Source of the DNA: Eledone cirrhosa
Lineage: Eukaryota
Length of the DNA: 64,000 nucleotides
NCBI GenBank assembly: GCA_964016885.1
Contig: OZ024747.1
Coordinates: 36,456,001 to 36,520,000, forward strand
Reading direction: 5' to 3'
The notes under the pieces are model-generated. The model saw nothing but the letters and a program-made list of their open reading frames with translations. It had not been told where the DNA came from and did no database searches. The first letter of the stretch is position 1. Each line of letters begins with the position of its first letter. This document shows, one piece after another, positions 26,976-41,930 of this stretch. The position numbers and the translations under genes were made by a program.

Positions 26976-29900
26976 ATTACTATTATGACAGTTGCATTCA
27001 TCTTGCTTTATGTTCATACGAGTTATCACCAAGTCATAACCATTGACCTCAAGAGACAACAAGGTCCGCAATGTTCAAGAAAGATCATACATACACACAC
27101 ATGCATCTTTAGGTGTTTAGACATGTGATGTACTTATATTGACAGAATCTTCCTTATTAAATGGGCAGTTCCCATTAGTACCATCTTTTAAATTTCTTCT
27201 ATACGCAGGTTTCCTGGGATTTTCAATAAGTTATCATTAGACCCCTTAGGTATCATTCCTAGAGCGCCTACAACCACTGGTATTGTTTTAGTTCTCAATT
27301 TCCACATTTTTCCAATTTCTATCTCCAGGTCCTTATACTTGCTCAATTTTTCAAATGTTTTTATAGATACATTCTTGTGTATTGGAACAGACATATCAAT
27401 TAGCAGGCATACCCTCTTTTTAAAGTCCTTCAATATTATATCAAGTCTATTTGCATATATTTGTCGGTCTGTTTGGATGCTAAAGTTCCACAAGATTGAG
27501 ATGTGATCTTTTTCAAGTATGGGAGGTGGTTGATGCTCCCACCAATTCTTTTGATGGGGCAGGTCAAAATGCTTACACATTATCCAATGTATGTATTGTG
27601 CAGCTCTGTCATGCCTGTCATGCCTGTATTCGGTTGGAGCTATAGGACTGCACATTGAAATTATATGGTCAATGGGTCTCTGGTTGTTTTTTGCATACAC
27701 GGCATAATGGGCTGCATCCATTTTTTATTATGTTGGCTTGGTAATTTTTTGTTGGCAGACACTGATCTTGTGCTGATATAATCAGTCCTTCAGTCTCCGA
27801 TTTCAGTCCAGAGGATGCCAACCACTGATGGGTTAAAGTTTTCTCAACATCAGGATTGTTAGCTCGCTCTGGGTATTTTCCATACAGAGGCTTTTCTTGC
27901 CATTTCTTAGCCAGTTTCTGTAGCAGTTCTTTCTTTGCAGTTAATTTTACCTGCTTTGCTTTTTCAGTGTTTTCCATTTCAGCAGTAAATGAGACTTCTG
28001 AAATTTGTAGTCCATTAGTGTATCTTTGTGCATCTTTTGTAATGGAATATGATCTTTTGATGCTTTCGTGTTTCAAAACGAGTTTGATCATCCAATCATG
28101 TGATTCCCTTAGATATGTAGATAATCCAATTGTTGCAGTTTTCAACGCAATGTCTAACTGGACTAACCCACGTCCTCCTTCTTTCCTAGGGAGATATATT
28201 CTATCTATATCTGCCTTAGGGTGATGCATTCTGTGCATGGTTAAGAATTTTCGAATTTTTGTATCGAGCCTACGGATCTCTGTGCTTGACCAGTTGATGA
28301 CATTGTAACTGTAGGTTACTACTGGTATGGCAAGCGTATTTATGGCATCGATCCTATTCCTTGCATTTAATTCCGTTCTTAAGATTGCTCTTACTCTGCG
28401 GTAACATTCCTTCCTTATCCTTTCCCTCATTGTCGAGTGCTTGATTCCGTCTCCTTCACAAACACCTAGATATTTGTAAGTTTTTTCTTCATCAAGTTCT
28501 CTTATCACGTTCCCCCGATCAAGATTAATGTCTGAACTCTTCAGCAGCTTTCCTCTGGTGAACGTTGCTTTTGCGCATTTATCTAGTCCAAACTCCATTT
28601 TAATGTTATCACTGAACTGTTCCACAGTGGATAATAGCCCTTGCAATTGTTCATCATTTTTTGCAAATAGTTTCAGGTCATCCATGTAAAACAAGTGATT
28701 AATGGTTTTGTCATAGACTTTATATCCATGTTTTGTTTCATTGAGCATTTTACTTAATGGTATAAGTGCGCTGCAGAATAAAAGCGGTGATAAAGAGTCA
28801 CCCTGAAAAATTCCACAATTAATATTAACTTCTCCAGTTTCCAGTGATTTTGTTTCACTATTCAAAAGGAGTTTCGTTTTCCATGTCTTCATACTGAATG
28901 ACAAAAACCTCCTGACAACGGGGGATATTTTGAAAATCTCTAAACATTTTTCAATCCAACTGTGTGGCAAACTATCGAATGCTTTTTTATAATCTATCCA
29001 AGCAATCGATAGATTTTTGTTTCTATTATGACAATCTTCCAGTATCATTTTGTTAACCAGAAGGTGATCCTTACTGCCATATGAGCCTCGTTTACACCCT
29101 TTCTGCTCAATGGGAAATAGGTCATTTGTTATCAGGTGGTCATATGTGTATTCAGTTAGGACTGATGTTAAAATTGTATACATTGTGGTCAAGCAGGTTA
29201 TCGGTCTGTAATTTTGGGGATTGTTTGTCTCATCATTCTTCAGAAGCAGGAATGTAATGCCATTAACTAGCCATGATGGTATCTTTTCTGGCTCCTTAAC
29301 TATTTCATTGTAAAGTTGGGCTAACAGCTCATGAGACTCTGTGAAGGCATTTATCCAAAAGTTTTGTATTTTGTCTTTTCCTGGGGATTTCCATTTGCTG
29401 GTTTTTCTTAGAGCCAAGCGCAACTGTTCAACTGTTATATTTTCCCATATTTGTTCCTCAAGGTGAGCTGTATCTTTCATTTGTCTGTCTATCCATGGGG
29501 CATGTATGTTATGAACTTTTTCTTCGGCCCAGATCTTTTCCCAGAATTCTTGCACTTCCTCCTTGGGTGGTATTGATTTAGCAGTTATTGTTGACTTACC
29601 AATTTTTCTGTAGAAGTTTCTTTGGTTGTTTTTGAACATATTATTGTCCTTATAGAATCTAGATCGTTTTTCAAAGCGCCTTATACGAGCAGCTTTGGCC
29701 GACACTTTTTGCTTGATTATTTCTATCAGCATGTCTATGTCACTTGTTGATTTTATACTGTACTTTTTTTTCAATTTTCTAAGTTTAGTTTGTTTAACAT
29801 GTTCACCTACTTTATAGTTTGTTAAAATTTCTATGTCAGATCGGAGAATGTTTATTTGGCGATTGATGTTCTGTTGCCAAGTAGATTTCTTGTGGGAATT

Positions 29901-30065
29901 CCTTTGTTTTTTCATCTTCACTCCACATAAGTGAGTGGTGACTTTAGCCGATGCATAATAGAGATGATTTAAATCAGTAATGTTTAGTTTGTTTGTGATG
30001 ATAATGTTTTTGAGAATTATGTTAGTCTTGTGTATTATCTTGTGGTTGTGTTTAGAGTTCTGGAA
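26976..30065 (-). mobile_element. R4/Dong-clade non-LTR retrotransposon, 5'-truncated
   Basis: RT (WKSPGKD, NYRPITCL, WIDYKKAFDS, GIFQGDSLSP, YMDDLKL), CCHC finger (CRVC..HIISMC), RHD and restriction-like endonuclease (NRLDI..IDMSVP..EKLSKYKDL). TAA-type sequence at both ends. Confidence 0.93.
27134..30065 (-). pseudogene. R4/Dong RT-RLE ORF (disrupted)
   Basis: The frame is open from ~30065 through the 750-aa track ORF to ~27670, frameshifts at PET/IDH, has a 9-bp duplication giving RHDRHD, and a premature TAA at 27188-27190 before KMVLMGTAHLIRKILSI*. Confidence 0.88.
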
Positions 30066-30068
30066 TTA

Positions 30069-30140
<72 letters not shown>

Positions 30141-30147
30141 TTATTAT
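30066..30147. repeat. (TTA/TAA)n microsatellite at the Dong 5' junction
   Basis: Directly visible; abuts the truncated ORF. Confidence 0.95.
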
Positions 30148-31752
30148 CATTTTACGCTTGATATAGTACAAAACATTTTTAACTTTTCGGACCCCTACTC
30201 CTTCATTAGAAAATAGAGTGAGAAATTAAAGAAGAAATAGACAGATTAAGATGGTCAGTGACAAACAAAACACATTTTGAGAGAAAAATAGCAGATCCAT
30301 TCATGTCGCTATTTCTTGGAACATTGAGCATTGTGTAAAACTATATTTTATATGGAGTCTACGACAATGCAAAACGAATGGACGTTAGATGTCGGTCTGT
30401 CACCTGTTATTTTATTTAGATGTCATTTTATTTCGTGTCTAAATATGTTCCCTTGTAGCTGGACAGTTAATATCGAATACTGCGATGAGCTAACGTCTTC
30501 GAAATATTATAAAATAGCATTAAGTATAGACGTTCAATCTGTAAAACTTATGACATCGTAAGAAACTGCTTGTTTCTATAGCCCTTACTTTGTGGGAAAT
30601 ACATTATGTTCGTCTTTTTTTTTTTAAATCTTGCTTCTTACTGCTACTTGCCTGATGCCTTTCAAGATAACACAAACTACGTGGAGCTTTAAACATATAA
30701 TTGTCAGTCAAATCCACATATTTCCAATATATATTTATTGTTGGCCTGTTACCAATAAAATTATATCAATTACTTATTTCCTGTTTGTTCTTAAGAACTT
30801 AATAAATTACAAATGAGCTTTCTAATAACAGCCATTATTTCGAAAGTCGGTTTCAAACATTAGGTCGATGTTAGTACTGATGTAATTAATAGAGAAACAA
30901 TCTGTTATGTAATTGTATTATTGATGAAATATATAATATTGATTGTCGAAATACTTCATAGTGTCTCACTTTGAAATATCATCACATTACTTATATATGC
31001 GTTTTTAATCTAATTAAAAGTAAACAGCTCAAACAATTATCTTAAAAGGTAAACAATATAAATTAATCTCTTTGTATTGAAACATGAAAATATAGGCAAC
31101 GAAAGAAATTGTGAAGCAGCAATAAATTGAACACTATTAATACATTCGTTAGATCAGAAGCAATTGCCAAAGCACGTTATAAATAACGTATCGCATGCTA
31201 TGATTTACCTCTTCGTAAGGACTTGATGATTTGTTGTTTATTACGTCTGAAATATCAGAGTCGATTATCATATTAGGCAGTAAAATCATGAAAAGGTGTT
31301 TAACCTTACGAATACGAATATCGCTATATGTGTACTCACACGCAAGCGTATTTGTTTTGTATGCGTCTAAATCTTTATGTTTTGTAAACTAGTAGTTCGA
31401 CAAAATGTGATTGAAAAGTAAGTCCCGGTCTTGGATGAGAAAACACTAGGGTGAATATTAATGAATAAGTCCATTCAAGGCCTGGCCACAGAATAATAAA
31501 TGAAATAAGTGCAATAATATAACATATATAATATAACATATTTGTTTTCAATAACGAGTCATATTTAAAATACTATCAAAATGGCGTTCTACTGTTTATC
31601 ATTAAACATCCGCGTTAGCAAATTACTGGGAAGGCTTTTAAAAATCATTCTGATCTTCAGTAGTTTAAATATAGAAAATGTTGTACTGTGATTTTATAAT
31701 GAGACACTAAGCCACACCAACTTGACTGAATATTCAGGCTTCGAAACAATTA

Positions 31753-31970
31753 AGGGCGGTAGATTCACAGTATCGTTAGAACGAGCGACAACAAGCTTTG
31801 AGGCATATAGTTACGGTCCTTTGCGTTCTGAGTCCAAATCAAAATGAGGCTTAGCTTTGCTTTACATCCTTATAGAGTCGATAAAAGAAAATAACCCTAT
31901 TGACTTCATTTAATCGACTTTCTCCTTTCCTTAATATTGCTGACCTTGCGTCAAAAGTAAAAACAGTTAT
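31753..31970 (+). mobile_element. Deu/Nin-domain SINE, diverged
   Basis: cagtatcgttaga..ctgagtccaaatc..ctttacatccttatagagtcgataaaa..ttgctgaccttgcgtcaaaagta. Confidence 0.7.
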
Positions 31971-32371
31971 TGGTGGTGTCTCATGAAACAGCACCACAAC
32001 ATTCTGTAAAGTATAATATTATTAATCAAAACCAATTAATACTTATAAAAATAAAAATAACTAATAAAAATACGTGAAGAGTTATAAAAATATAGAATAC
32101 AATAGGTAAAGTTGTAACACATTACATGATTGAAGTTTAATGAAATTATATATGCATAATGAAATACAGTAATGGAAGCTTTACGTTTTCTGTCAAATAT
32201 GACTCTTTATTGAAAACAAATATAATTATTACATTCTTGGGAATATAATGTTTTAGTAAATGTCGTAAAATGTGAATTAATTAGGTAGATATTACTTTTT
32301 TATGCGATAGCCCCAATAGTTTACGATCGAAAAAGAGGCGAAATATTTTGCAGTAGACAATCAATAATTTA

Positions 32372-32460
<89 letters not shown>

Positions 32461-33487
32461 TTATATATATATGTGTGTGTATGTGTATTTATTTATATAT
32501 ATAGATAGATAGATAGATATGTTTCTTTATTAGCCACAGGGGCATAAAATAAGGGGACATATACAAAGGGGGAAGTTTACATACAATAAAAACGTGTAAA
32601 AATAGCTAGATATATAGATAGATATAAACGCGTAATTTTCAGGCGCAAATAACCATATACATTTATATATCTCAATATACCATTCTATTTGATATACATA
32701 CAATTCATATAATTTACTTTTCTAGTTCATAAGATAAATAAACAATTACCATTAATATTGCAGTACATCTTGAACATAAAATAGTAAAAAAAACATCACA
32801 AATTGTAGCGCAATTCATTCCTGTATCAGTATTAAAATGCGAGCATACTGAAATGTAGAATGTTTCATGCATTTAAGGTATATAATTTCCAGATGGTTCA
32901 CCACTGAACGTATTTATTAACGACTAAGCAATACATTTTTTAAATCACACCCAAATATGGAAATCATTCATAGGTTGTTTCATATTTGCGGTGGTATCTA
33001 TCACAGGAGTGTATTCAATCAACGCTTTTGTATTTTCCACATGGATTTACCCCATAATTAAATGAGGAGTATGTACTGGGAGGAAGCAATTTGCATTATA
33101 TTCTTTCAAAAACAAATACGCGTTCATACACTAAATATTATTGTCAACATTATATTGACAAAAAGATTTGTTGCTATTATAGATATGTTGAAACAAGAAG
33201 CTATGGTTTCTCTAGCAAGAAACAATCGTGAAATAATAGGGAAATAGAAAGAATATGAGAAAAAAAGTCAATTTTACAATTCTCTGGGAGTATATCGGTA
33301 TTTATGTCTAACGTGTGCAGGAAGTAAAATAGTAAAATTATAACCGAAGAGAAAAGCATGCGCACACATACACCCACTAAATTCTATCTGACATCTTTAC
33401 AAATGCATACACATATATCTAATTGTACATAAATGTTTATGGCTGCACGCATTTATATACACACACACGCACACACACAGCACACAC

Positions 33488-33586
<99 letters not shown>

Positions 33587-33605
33587 ACACTCATACACAC
33601 TCACT

Positions 33606-33651
<46 letters not shown>

Positions 33652-33653
<2 letters not shown>

Positions 33654-34370
33654 ATTGGAAATTTAGTAAAATCGAATCTCTTACGGTTTTCAAGCAAATT
33701 CGGCCTACTTATATGAAATGATGAGTTAGCAAATCACTCGATAAGGTAGGTCTTTAGAGTAATAACATACGTTTAAATAGCTTGACAAATCGAACATTGT
33801 GGTAGGCAAAATCTAACACACAATAACATACCAAAGTAACGATAGCACTAACATGTTCAGAAAAATACACCTGGACAAATCAAACGATTATACGTTTAAA
33901 GTGTTTCTTTGAATCCGAAATCAAATATCAGACGTACGTGACTGGCAAGCTCGTGGTATTCGTGATCGAACATAGGATTCAGTTTTTCAACAGGTTTTCG
34001 TTCTACCTAGGACGGGGTGATATACTAAATGTTGCTGCTAAATGCAACGTATCGTATCTATAGCTGTCACGTGTTAATTCCAGCAAGGGAAATAACCCCC
34101 GGTTTTTGGCGGATCATTCAAAATGTTAGACAAAGGAAATATTTTAATTTCCGCTAATCATCATGATAAGCTCTCGACAAGATGTTATAAAACAAACACA
34201 AATAATTAACCAATCAACAGAATTGTCTAATTAAATTAATTAGTTAATTATTAAATCTAGGAGAATAATATAATTGCAAATTTAGTAAAATCGAATCTCT
34301 GGCGGTTTGCAAGCAAATTCGGCCTACTTATATGAAATGATGAGTTAGCAAAGCACTTGATAAGGTAGGT

Positions 34371-34373
<3 letters not shown>
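33652..34373 (-). mobile_element. Non-coding element with ~100-bp direct terminal repeats (tandem pLTR-like)
   Basis: ataattg.aaatttagtaaaatcgaatctc..ataaggtaggtc at ~33652-33752 and ~34270-34372. The repeats contain the antisense TC(G/A)AGTG motif; (TA)n on both sides. Strand inferred from that motif. Confidence 0.65.
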
Positions 34374-34454
<81 letters not shown>

Positions 34455-34456
<2 letters not shown>

Positions 34457-34708
34457 CGTTTCTAAATTTGTTTAGCAAGATTCTTTATCTGAAAACGTGT
34501 GTTGAAACCCGAGTCACTGAAGAGGTCACAGAATGTGTGACCAAAGAACGTTGACAATATATGAACAACCGTCCGGTTCTCGAACTAACCAACCAACCGG
34601 AAATTTATAAATTCTTGAATTTATGAATTTAATTTATGATAAATTGGAGTGAAACAACTGGTGCGTGTGTTTTTATTGGTAACATGACCCTCCCAAAGTA
34701 TAACAATA
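34455..34708 (+). mobile_element. Solo Neptune-type pLTR with decayed HHR
   Basis: Matches 19085-19215 and 16020-16080; gtca-CTGAAGA-ggtcacagaatgtgtgac-CAAA (GAAA mutated). Confidence 0.8.
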
Positions 34709-34729
34709 TATATATATATATATATATGC

Positions 34730-35728
34730 AAAAGTTCTATTTAAAATTGTTGGGATACAACAAGTAAATATTTTTATAACTGATATAAAGCACTCGACAA
34801 GTATTTGGAGTAGATATACGATATTAATAAATGGAATCTATATTTATAAAACCATATTTATTTCATTATACATATTTCAGGGATACCAAATTAAATTATG
34901 GTATGCCTTCATCAGACAAAATACAATATATAACAGTTTTACAAATAAGCTTTGACGTACCTTTTTAAAATGCAACCATTGTTTTTGGAAGCCACCCGGA
35001 TAGTGATTTGTTTATATTACTTTAATAAGTCATAGTGTTAAGGACAATTAAAAAAAGACGGAGAGAAAGAAAAAGCGTGGAGAAATATCGGAGAGAGAGA
35101 GATGCATGGAGAAAAAAGAATTAAACCCAAATTTTGGTATATTGATCTCAAGTTTTAAACTAATCATATAGTCAATATTAAACAATGTTTAATTTCTCAT
35201 ATTATATATTTATGTCCCATTCATGAATATTAATATTTATATTTTTATTATTCATTTCATATGAATTGTTAACTCAACTTAATATGACATGACGTAAAGT
35301 TTTCATAAGCTCCCTCTCTCTCTATATAATATTTATCTCTCTTGAGTTTTTCTATCTGTCTGTTAACTTAATATCTCTCTGTTGCTTTCCTCTGTTTTTC
35401 TTATTTCTTCCTTTTTTCTTCTTTCTTCCTTTCCTCCTGTCTTTACTTATCTCTTTCTTTTTTCTCCATGCATCTCTCTCTCTCCGATATTTCTCTACGT
35501 TTTTTCTTTCTCTCCGTCTTTTTCTAATTGTCCTTAACACTATGACTTATTAAAGTAATATAAACAAATCACTATCCGGGTGGCTTCCAAAAACAATGGT
35601 TGCATTTTAAAAGGGTACGTCAAAGCTTATTTGTCTGATGAAGGCATACCATAATTTAATTTGGTATCCCTGAAATATGTATAATGAAATAAATATGGTT
35701 TTATAAATATAGTTTCCATTTATTAATA
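34730..35728. mobile_element. Fold-back PLE 3'-end derivative with paired hammerheads
   Basis: Arms ~34820-35120 and ~35456-35728; HHR on minus 34859-34923 and plus 35628-35691 (CTGATGA-aggcatacca..tggtatccct-GAAA-TATGTATA); left tail ~90 nt longer. Confidence 0.9.
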
Positions 35729-35748
35729 TATATATATATATATATATA

Positions 35749-35789
<41 letters not shown>

Positions 35790-36175
35790 ATGTGTGTGTG
35801 TCTGTGTGTCTGAGTGTCTGTGTATGTGCGACTATTTGTGTTGTGAGTGGACTTACGTGTGTATTTAACAAAATAGGGTTGACAGCGCATGGGTTAGTAT
35901 TTAGGGTGCTCAGGATCGTAATAAAAATTAATTGGTTCATCTTGTTCAATGAACTAGCCTAGTCTCACGTTGTTTTGCAGAATGTCTCAGACCAATGTTA
36001 CGGGTATATGTGCTCATTATATGCTCAAGAACTTAGATGTTAAATTAAATTCACCAAAAGATTTGTTTGTTGATCAATCATGTGGGAACAAACGGGGTTC
36101 CAGCACACATACATATTTACATGCATAGGCACAAATACACATACGCATTGTATGCATATTTAAATATATATATAT

Positions 36176-37326
<1,151 letters not shown>

Positions 37327-37364
37327 ATTAAATAAATGGAAAACTATGTTTATAAAACCATATT

Positions 37365-37430
37365 TATTTCATTATATATATTTCGGGGATATCATATTAA
37401 CAATATGCTATGCCTTCATCAGACAAAATA
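37365..37430 (-). ncRNA. Minimal type I hammerhead
   Basis: tattttgt-CTGATGA-aggcatagcatattgttaatatgatatcccc-GAAA-TATATATA-atgaaata. Confidence 0.8.
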
Positions 37431-37786
37431 CAATATAAACAGTTTTATAGATAAATATATTCGACATACCGTAATAAACATCAACTTCATTTGAAGAGGT
37501 TCACTCTAGCAGTGAAAATACAGAGAGAAAGAAAGAGAGAGAGAAAAGAGGGAAATAAGAAAGAAAGAAAGACAAAACGAAGAAAAGGAAGAAAAAGAAG
37601 AAATGCATGGGACAAAATAGAGAGATGGAAAAATAGATAAAGCGAAGAGCTTCATGTAAAGAGACCGAAAGAGATATATATATATATAGAGAGAGAGAGG
37701 AAATAGAGATAGATACATATATAAACATAGATATAGAAAAATTAGGTAGTGGGAGGTCATTTTGAGTAAGTGTATCAATGATGCAT

Positions 37787-37821
<35 letters not shown>

Positions 37822-38998
37822 GCTCAAGTAAGGGAGATATATAGAGAGATATAGAGAGATATAGAGAGAGAAAAATTTAAAAATAGCCAGACATATTCGA
37901 GGCGTAGAAAACCCTATGTTTTAATGTATTAGTATTTATAAAACTTACACTATATTGTAAATATCAGTATTCCTGAATGAAACAAGTATTCACAATGCGT
38001 GAAAATTCATTATCTTATGTTTAGTTTTTTAAAAAAATTCATATGTCTATGTGAATCCAACTGATTCACTCCGCAAATTCAAAGTTACCGGAAAACATTC
38101 TCAATGTGGTATAAAAATTTGAGCGTATTATTATTCTTGCGATTACTCTACAAGATTATCTATCAAGCAGAAATAGAGAGCAGATTTCAATATACTAATC
38201 GAAAATATATATTATATTATAAGCAGAGATAACAATAATAATGATAATAAGTAAAAATATATAAAAATATAAAAATATAGAATAGAAAACTAAAGAAGAA
38301 TATTACGAAAGAATATTACATAATAAAAATATTGCATATTAAAAATACTACGTATTAAAAATATTACGTATTAAAACTTTACATATAAAAATATTAAAAA
38401 TATTAAAAATAAAAATTTACATATAAAAAAAATTTACATATAAAAATATTAAAAATAAAAATAAAATAAAATAAAAAATAAAAATATAAAAATATTATAG
38501 AATACTACAATACTAAAAGAATAAAAATAAAAATAAAAATAAAAATAAAAATAAAAATAAAAATAAAAATAAAAATAAAAATAAAAATAAAAATGAAAAT
38601 AAAAATAAACCACAAAGAACAACCCTTCAAGATTAATTGACAATATATTGCCAAGTTCACTACAAGACAAAGCCAAAAATTATCTATCAAATCACATCTA
38701 GCAAGGAATATCGCAAAAAAGATTATGATGTCCAATAATGTCTACATATGTTCCTATATTTAATATATAAGTTTATCAAGTGTAAGGTTAATTCAGAAAA
38801 TTTGGAGCATCGGCTTTTAGGGTAGCTTAATTTTTCATGAGGAATGTTTAGATAAAAATAAAAATAAAAATAAAAATAAAAATAAAAATAAATAAAATAA
38901 AATAAACAATAAAAAGAGTAAAAAGAGGGAATCAAAGATTTAGGAATCAAAAGATTTATCGGCTAGTTCTCATATAAATATAAATCAAACTAAATATA

Positions 38999-39922
38999 CT
39001 ACATTTTAAATTTAAATTTATATTTAAACGTTGAGTTTAATCTATGTTTGCAACAACTGAATAAATTTGTCCGTAGGTTAAGGGAATTTTTAGATTTTAG
39101 TATAAAGAATATCTCCTCTGCGCAGAGGTCACATGTCTCAGAGGATGAATTAAAAGGAATCCCTCTTGAGACTATATTCCAAGCCGTCGAATATCTAACG
39201 TTATCTAGCTTAAGTTGCCAGAGTACACCTGATAGTGCCGTTGAAGATTTTTTATTTGGATCTGTGAAAGAATTCTTGTGGTTATTATAGCGAAGTTTAA
39301 ATTCCGTCGATGTGGAACCGACGTAGTTAAAAGAATTAGAGTCAGTATTAACATTACAATTGTATACTATATTTTTAACTAAGCAGTTGTTATTTAACGG
39401 ACATTTAGATCTATCTCTACAGTTACATTTGTTAACTTGTATATTATTTATGCTATTATCAGTAGGTTTTAAGTTCCTATTATTTATTCTATTAATATTT
39501 TGTGCTAAATTTTTGGTGGATGAGTAGGTTAATTTAATTGTATGCCTATTGAAGATTGAGTGGTACCTATGTGTTCTAGGGAAGCGATTATCAAGAGCTT
39601 TGAAAAATAATTTAGCGATGTGGGTTTTAATGTTTAGTGAGAAAGGGGGGGCAAACCAAATTATGTTCCTAGTTCTATTTCTTTTTTGTCCTTTGGAATT
39701 ATTGTAATGTTTTCTATTATAGTTGTTAATGTTGTTGCCATAATTAAAAAAGTTGTTACTTTGTTTAGTTTGTTTATCATTATCTATGTACACAATCTTA
39801 TCAGCATACCCTGCCCTAGCTAGTGCATCATTATAGTATTGGGCCTTTTCGTCAAAAATCTTTCTATTCGACGAGATCCTAGAGATACGTTTTTGGACTG
39901 AGTTTACTATAGTGTTTTTGAC
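38999..39922 (-). CDS. PLE polyprotein C-terminal fragment: RT thumb, CxCx5C linker, GIY-YIG endonuclease
   Basis: RISRISSN..YYNDALARAGY; WFAPPFS; CNCRDRSKCPLNNNCL; IVY..YVG..FKLRYNNH; CDLCAEE..CKH. The track start MFLY comes from the inversion junction. Confidence 0.9.
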   Translation of the reverse strand, partial: VKNTIVNSVQKRISRISSNRKIFDEKAQYYNDALARAGYADKIVYIDNDKQTKQSNNFFNYGNNINNYNRKHYNNSKGQKRNRTRNIIWFAPPFSLNIKTHIAKLFFKALDNRFPRTHRYHSIFNRHTIKLTYSSTKNLAQNINRINNRNLKPTDNSINNIQVNKCNCRDRSKCPLNNNCLVKNIVYNCNVNTDSNSFNYVGSTSTEFKLRYNNHKNSFTDPNKKSSTALSGVLWQLKLDNVRYSTAWNIVSRGIPFNSSSETCDLCAEEIFFILKSKNSLNLRTNLFSCCKHRLNSTFKYKFKFKM

Positions 39923-41247
39923 ATATAGGAACATATGTAGACATTATTGGACATCATAATCTTTTTTGCGATATTCCTTGCTAGATGTGATTTGATAGAT
40001 AATTTTTGGCTTTGTCTTGTAGTGAACTTGGCAATATAATGTCAATTAACCTTGAAGGGTTGTTCTTTGTGGTTTATTTTTATTTTCATTTTTATTTTTA
40101 TTTTTATTTTTATTTTTATTTTTATTTTTATTTTTATTTTTATTTTTATTCTTTTAGTATTGTAGTATTCTATAATATTTTTATATTTTTATTTTTTATT
40201 TTATTTTATTTTTATTTTTAATATTTTTATATGTAAATTTTTTTTATATGTAAATTTTTATTTTTAATATTTTTAATATTTTTATATGTAAAGTTTTAAT
40301 ACGTAATATTTTTAATACGTAGTATTTTTAATATGCAATATTTTTATTATGTAATATTCTTTCGTAATATTCTTCTTTAGTTTTCTATTCTATATTTTTA
40401 TATTTTTATATATTTTTACTTATTATCATTATTATTGTTATCTCTGCTTATAATATAATATATATTTTCGATTAGTATATTGAAATCTGCTCTCTATTTC
40501 TGCTTGATAGATAATCTTGTAGAGTAATCGCAAGAATAATAATACGCTCAAATTTTTATACCACATTGAGAATGTTTTCCGGTAACTTTGAATTTGCGGA
40601 GTGAATCAGTTGGATTCACATAGACATATGAATTTTTAAAAAAAACTAAACATAAGATAATGAATTTTCACGCATTGTGAATACTTGTTTCATTCAGGAA
40701 TACTGATATTTACAATATAGTGTAAGTTTTATAAATACTAATACATTAAAACATAGGGTTTTCTACGCCTCGAATATGTCTGGCTATTTTTAAATTTTTC
40801 TCTCTCTATATCTCTCTATATCTCTCTATATATCTCCCTTACATTAATACTTGAGCTAAATAAATAAATAAATAAATGAATAAATAAATAAATGCATCAT
40901 TGATACACTTACTCAAAATGACCTCCCACTACCTAATTTTTCTATATCTATATTTATATATGTATCTATCTCTATTTCCTCTCTCTCTATATATATATAT
41001 ATATCTCTTTCGGTCTCTTTACATGAAGCTCTTCGCTTTATCTATTTTTCCATCTCTCTATTTTGTCCCATGCATTTCTTCTTTTTCTTCCTTTTCTTCG
41101 TTTTGTCTTTCTTTCTTTCTTATTTCCCTCTTTTCTCTCTCTCTTTCTTTCTCTCTGTATTTTCACTGCTAGAGTGAACCTCTTCAAATGAAGTTGATGT
41201 TTATTACGGTATGTCGAATATATTTATCTATAAAACTGTTTATATTG

Positions 41248-41313
41248 TATTTTGTCTGATGAAGGCATAGCATATTGTTAATATGATATTCCCGAAATAT
41301 ATATAATGAAATA
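41248..41313 (+). ncRNA. Minimal type I hammerhead
   Basis: tattttgt-CTGATGA-aggcatagcatatt gtt aatatgatattccc-GAAA-TATATATA-atgaaata; stem I 8 bp with GU pairs. Confidence 0.8.
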
Positions 41314-41441
41314 AATATGGTTTTATAAATATAGTTTTCCATTTATTTAATATTGTAAATATACTCCAAGTATTTGTCGAGTGCTTTTATATCAGTTATA
41401 AATATTTACTAGTTGTAACCCAACAATTTTAAATATAACTT

Positions 41442-41523
<82 letters not shown>

Positions 41524-41530
<7 letters not shown>

Positions 41531-41712
41531 CCGGGTTGAATCGGGGTTAACCTCAGTAAGTAAGGTACTCAATACATAGCAGACTATAAATGTTTTAATA
41601 TAGAAGAGCTACTACAGGATTAGAACTGTTTCATTCGTGAGAAATCATCAGGAGGCTTCGTGGTTATTTCTCACGAATGGAACAGTTCTAGTCCTGTAGA
41701 AGATCTTATATA
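41524..41712. mobile_element. Very short palindromic element with HHR-like core
   Basis: Hairpin ~41598-41710 (ctacaggattagaactgtttcattcgtgagaaat / atttctcacgaatggaacagttctagtcctgtag); minus strand CTGATGA-tttctcacgaat-GAAAC; ~75-nt left tail. Confidence 0.6.
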
Positions 41713-41930
41713 TAAATATATATATATATATATGTAGATAAATCTACCAAGAGTTTACGGTAGTGTCCAATCCGTATGAAGAACTCAATGTATTCCGGAT
41801 ATCATGGAAAGAAGAGATGTAATGAAAAATCACTTTCGGTGAAAGATAAACGGTATACAGAGTCAAGATAAAATATTAAACAAATAATGAATAAAACAAT
41901 GAAACAGTTCCTTATATTAAACAAAAAAAG

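Noticed and set aside
27856-28224. Plus-strand 122-aa ORF (also 39048-39290 and 47075-47284)
   Set aside because: Antisense shadows of retroelement ORFs.
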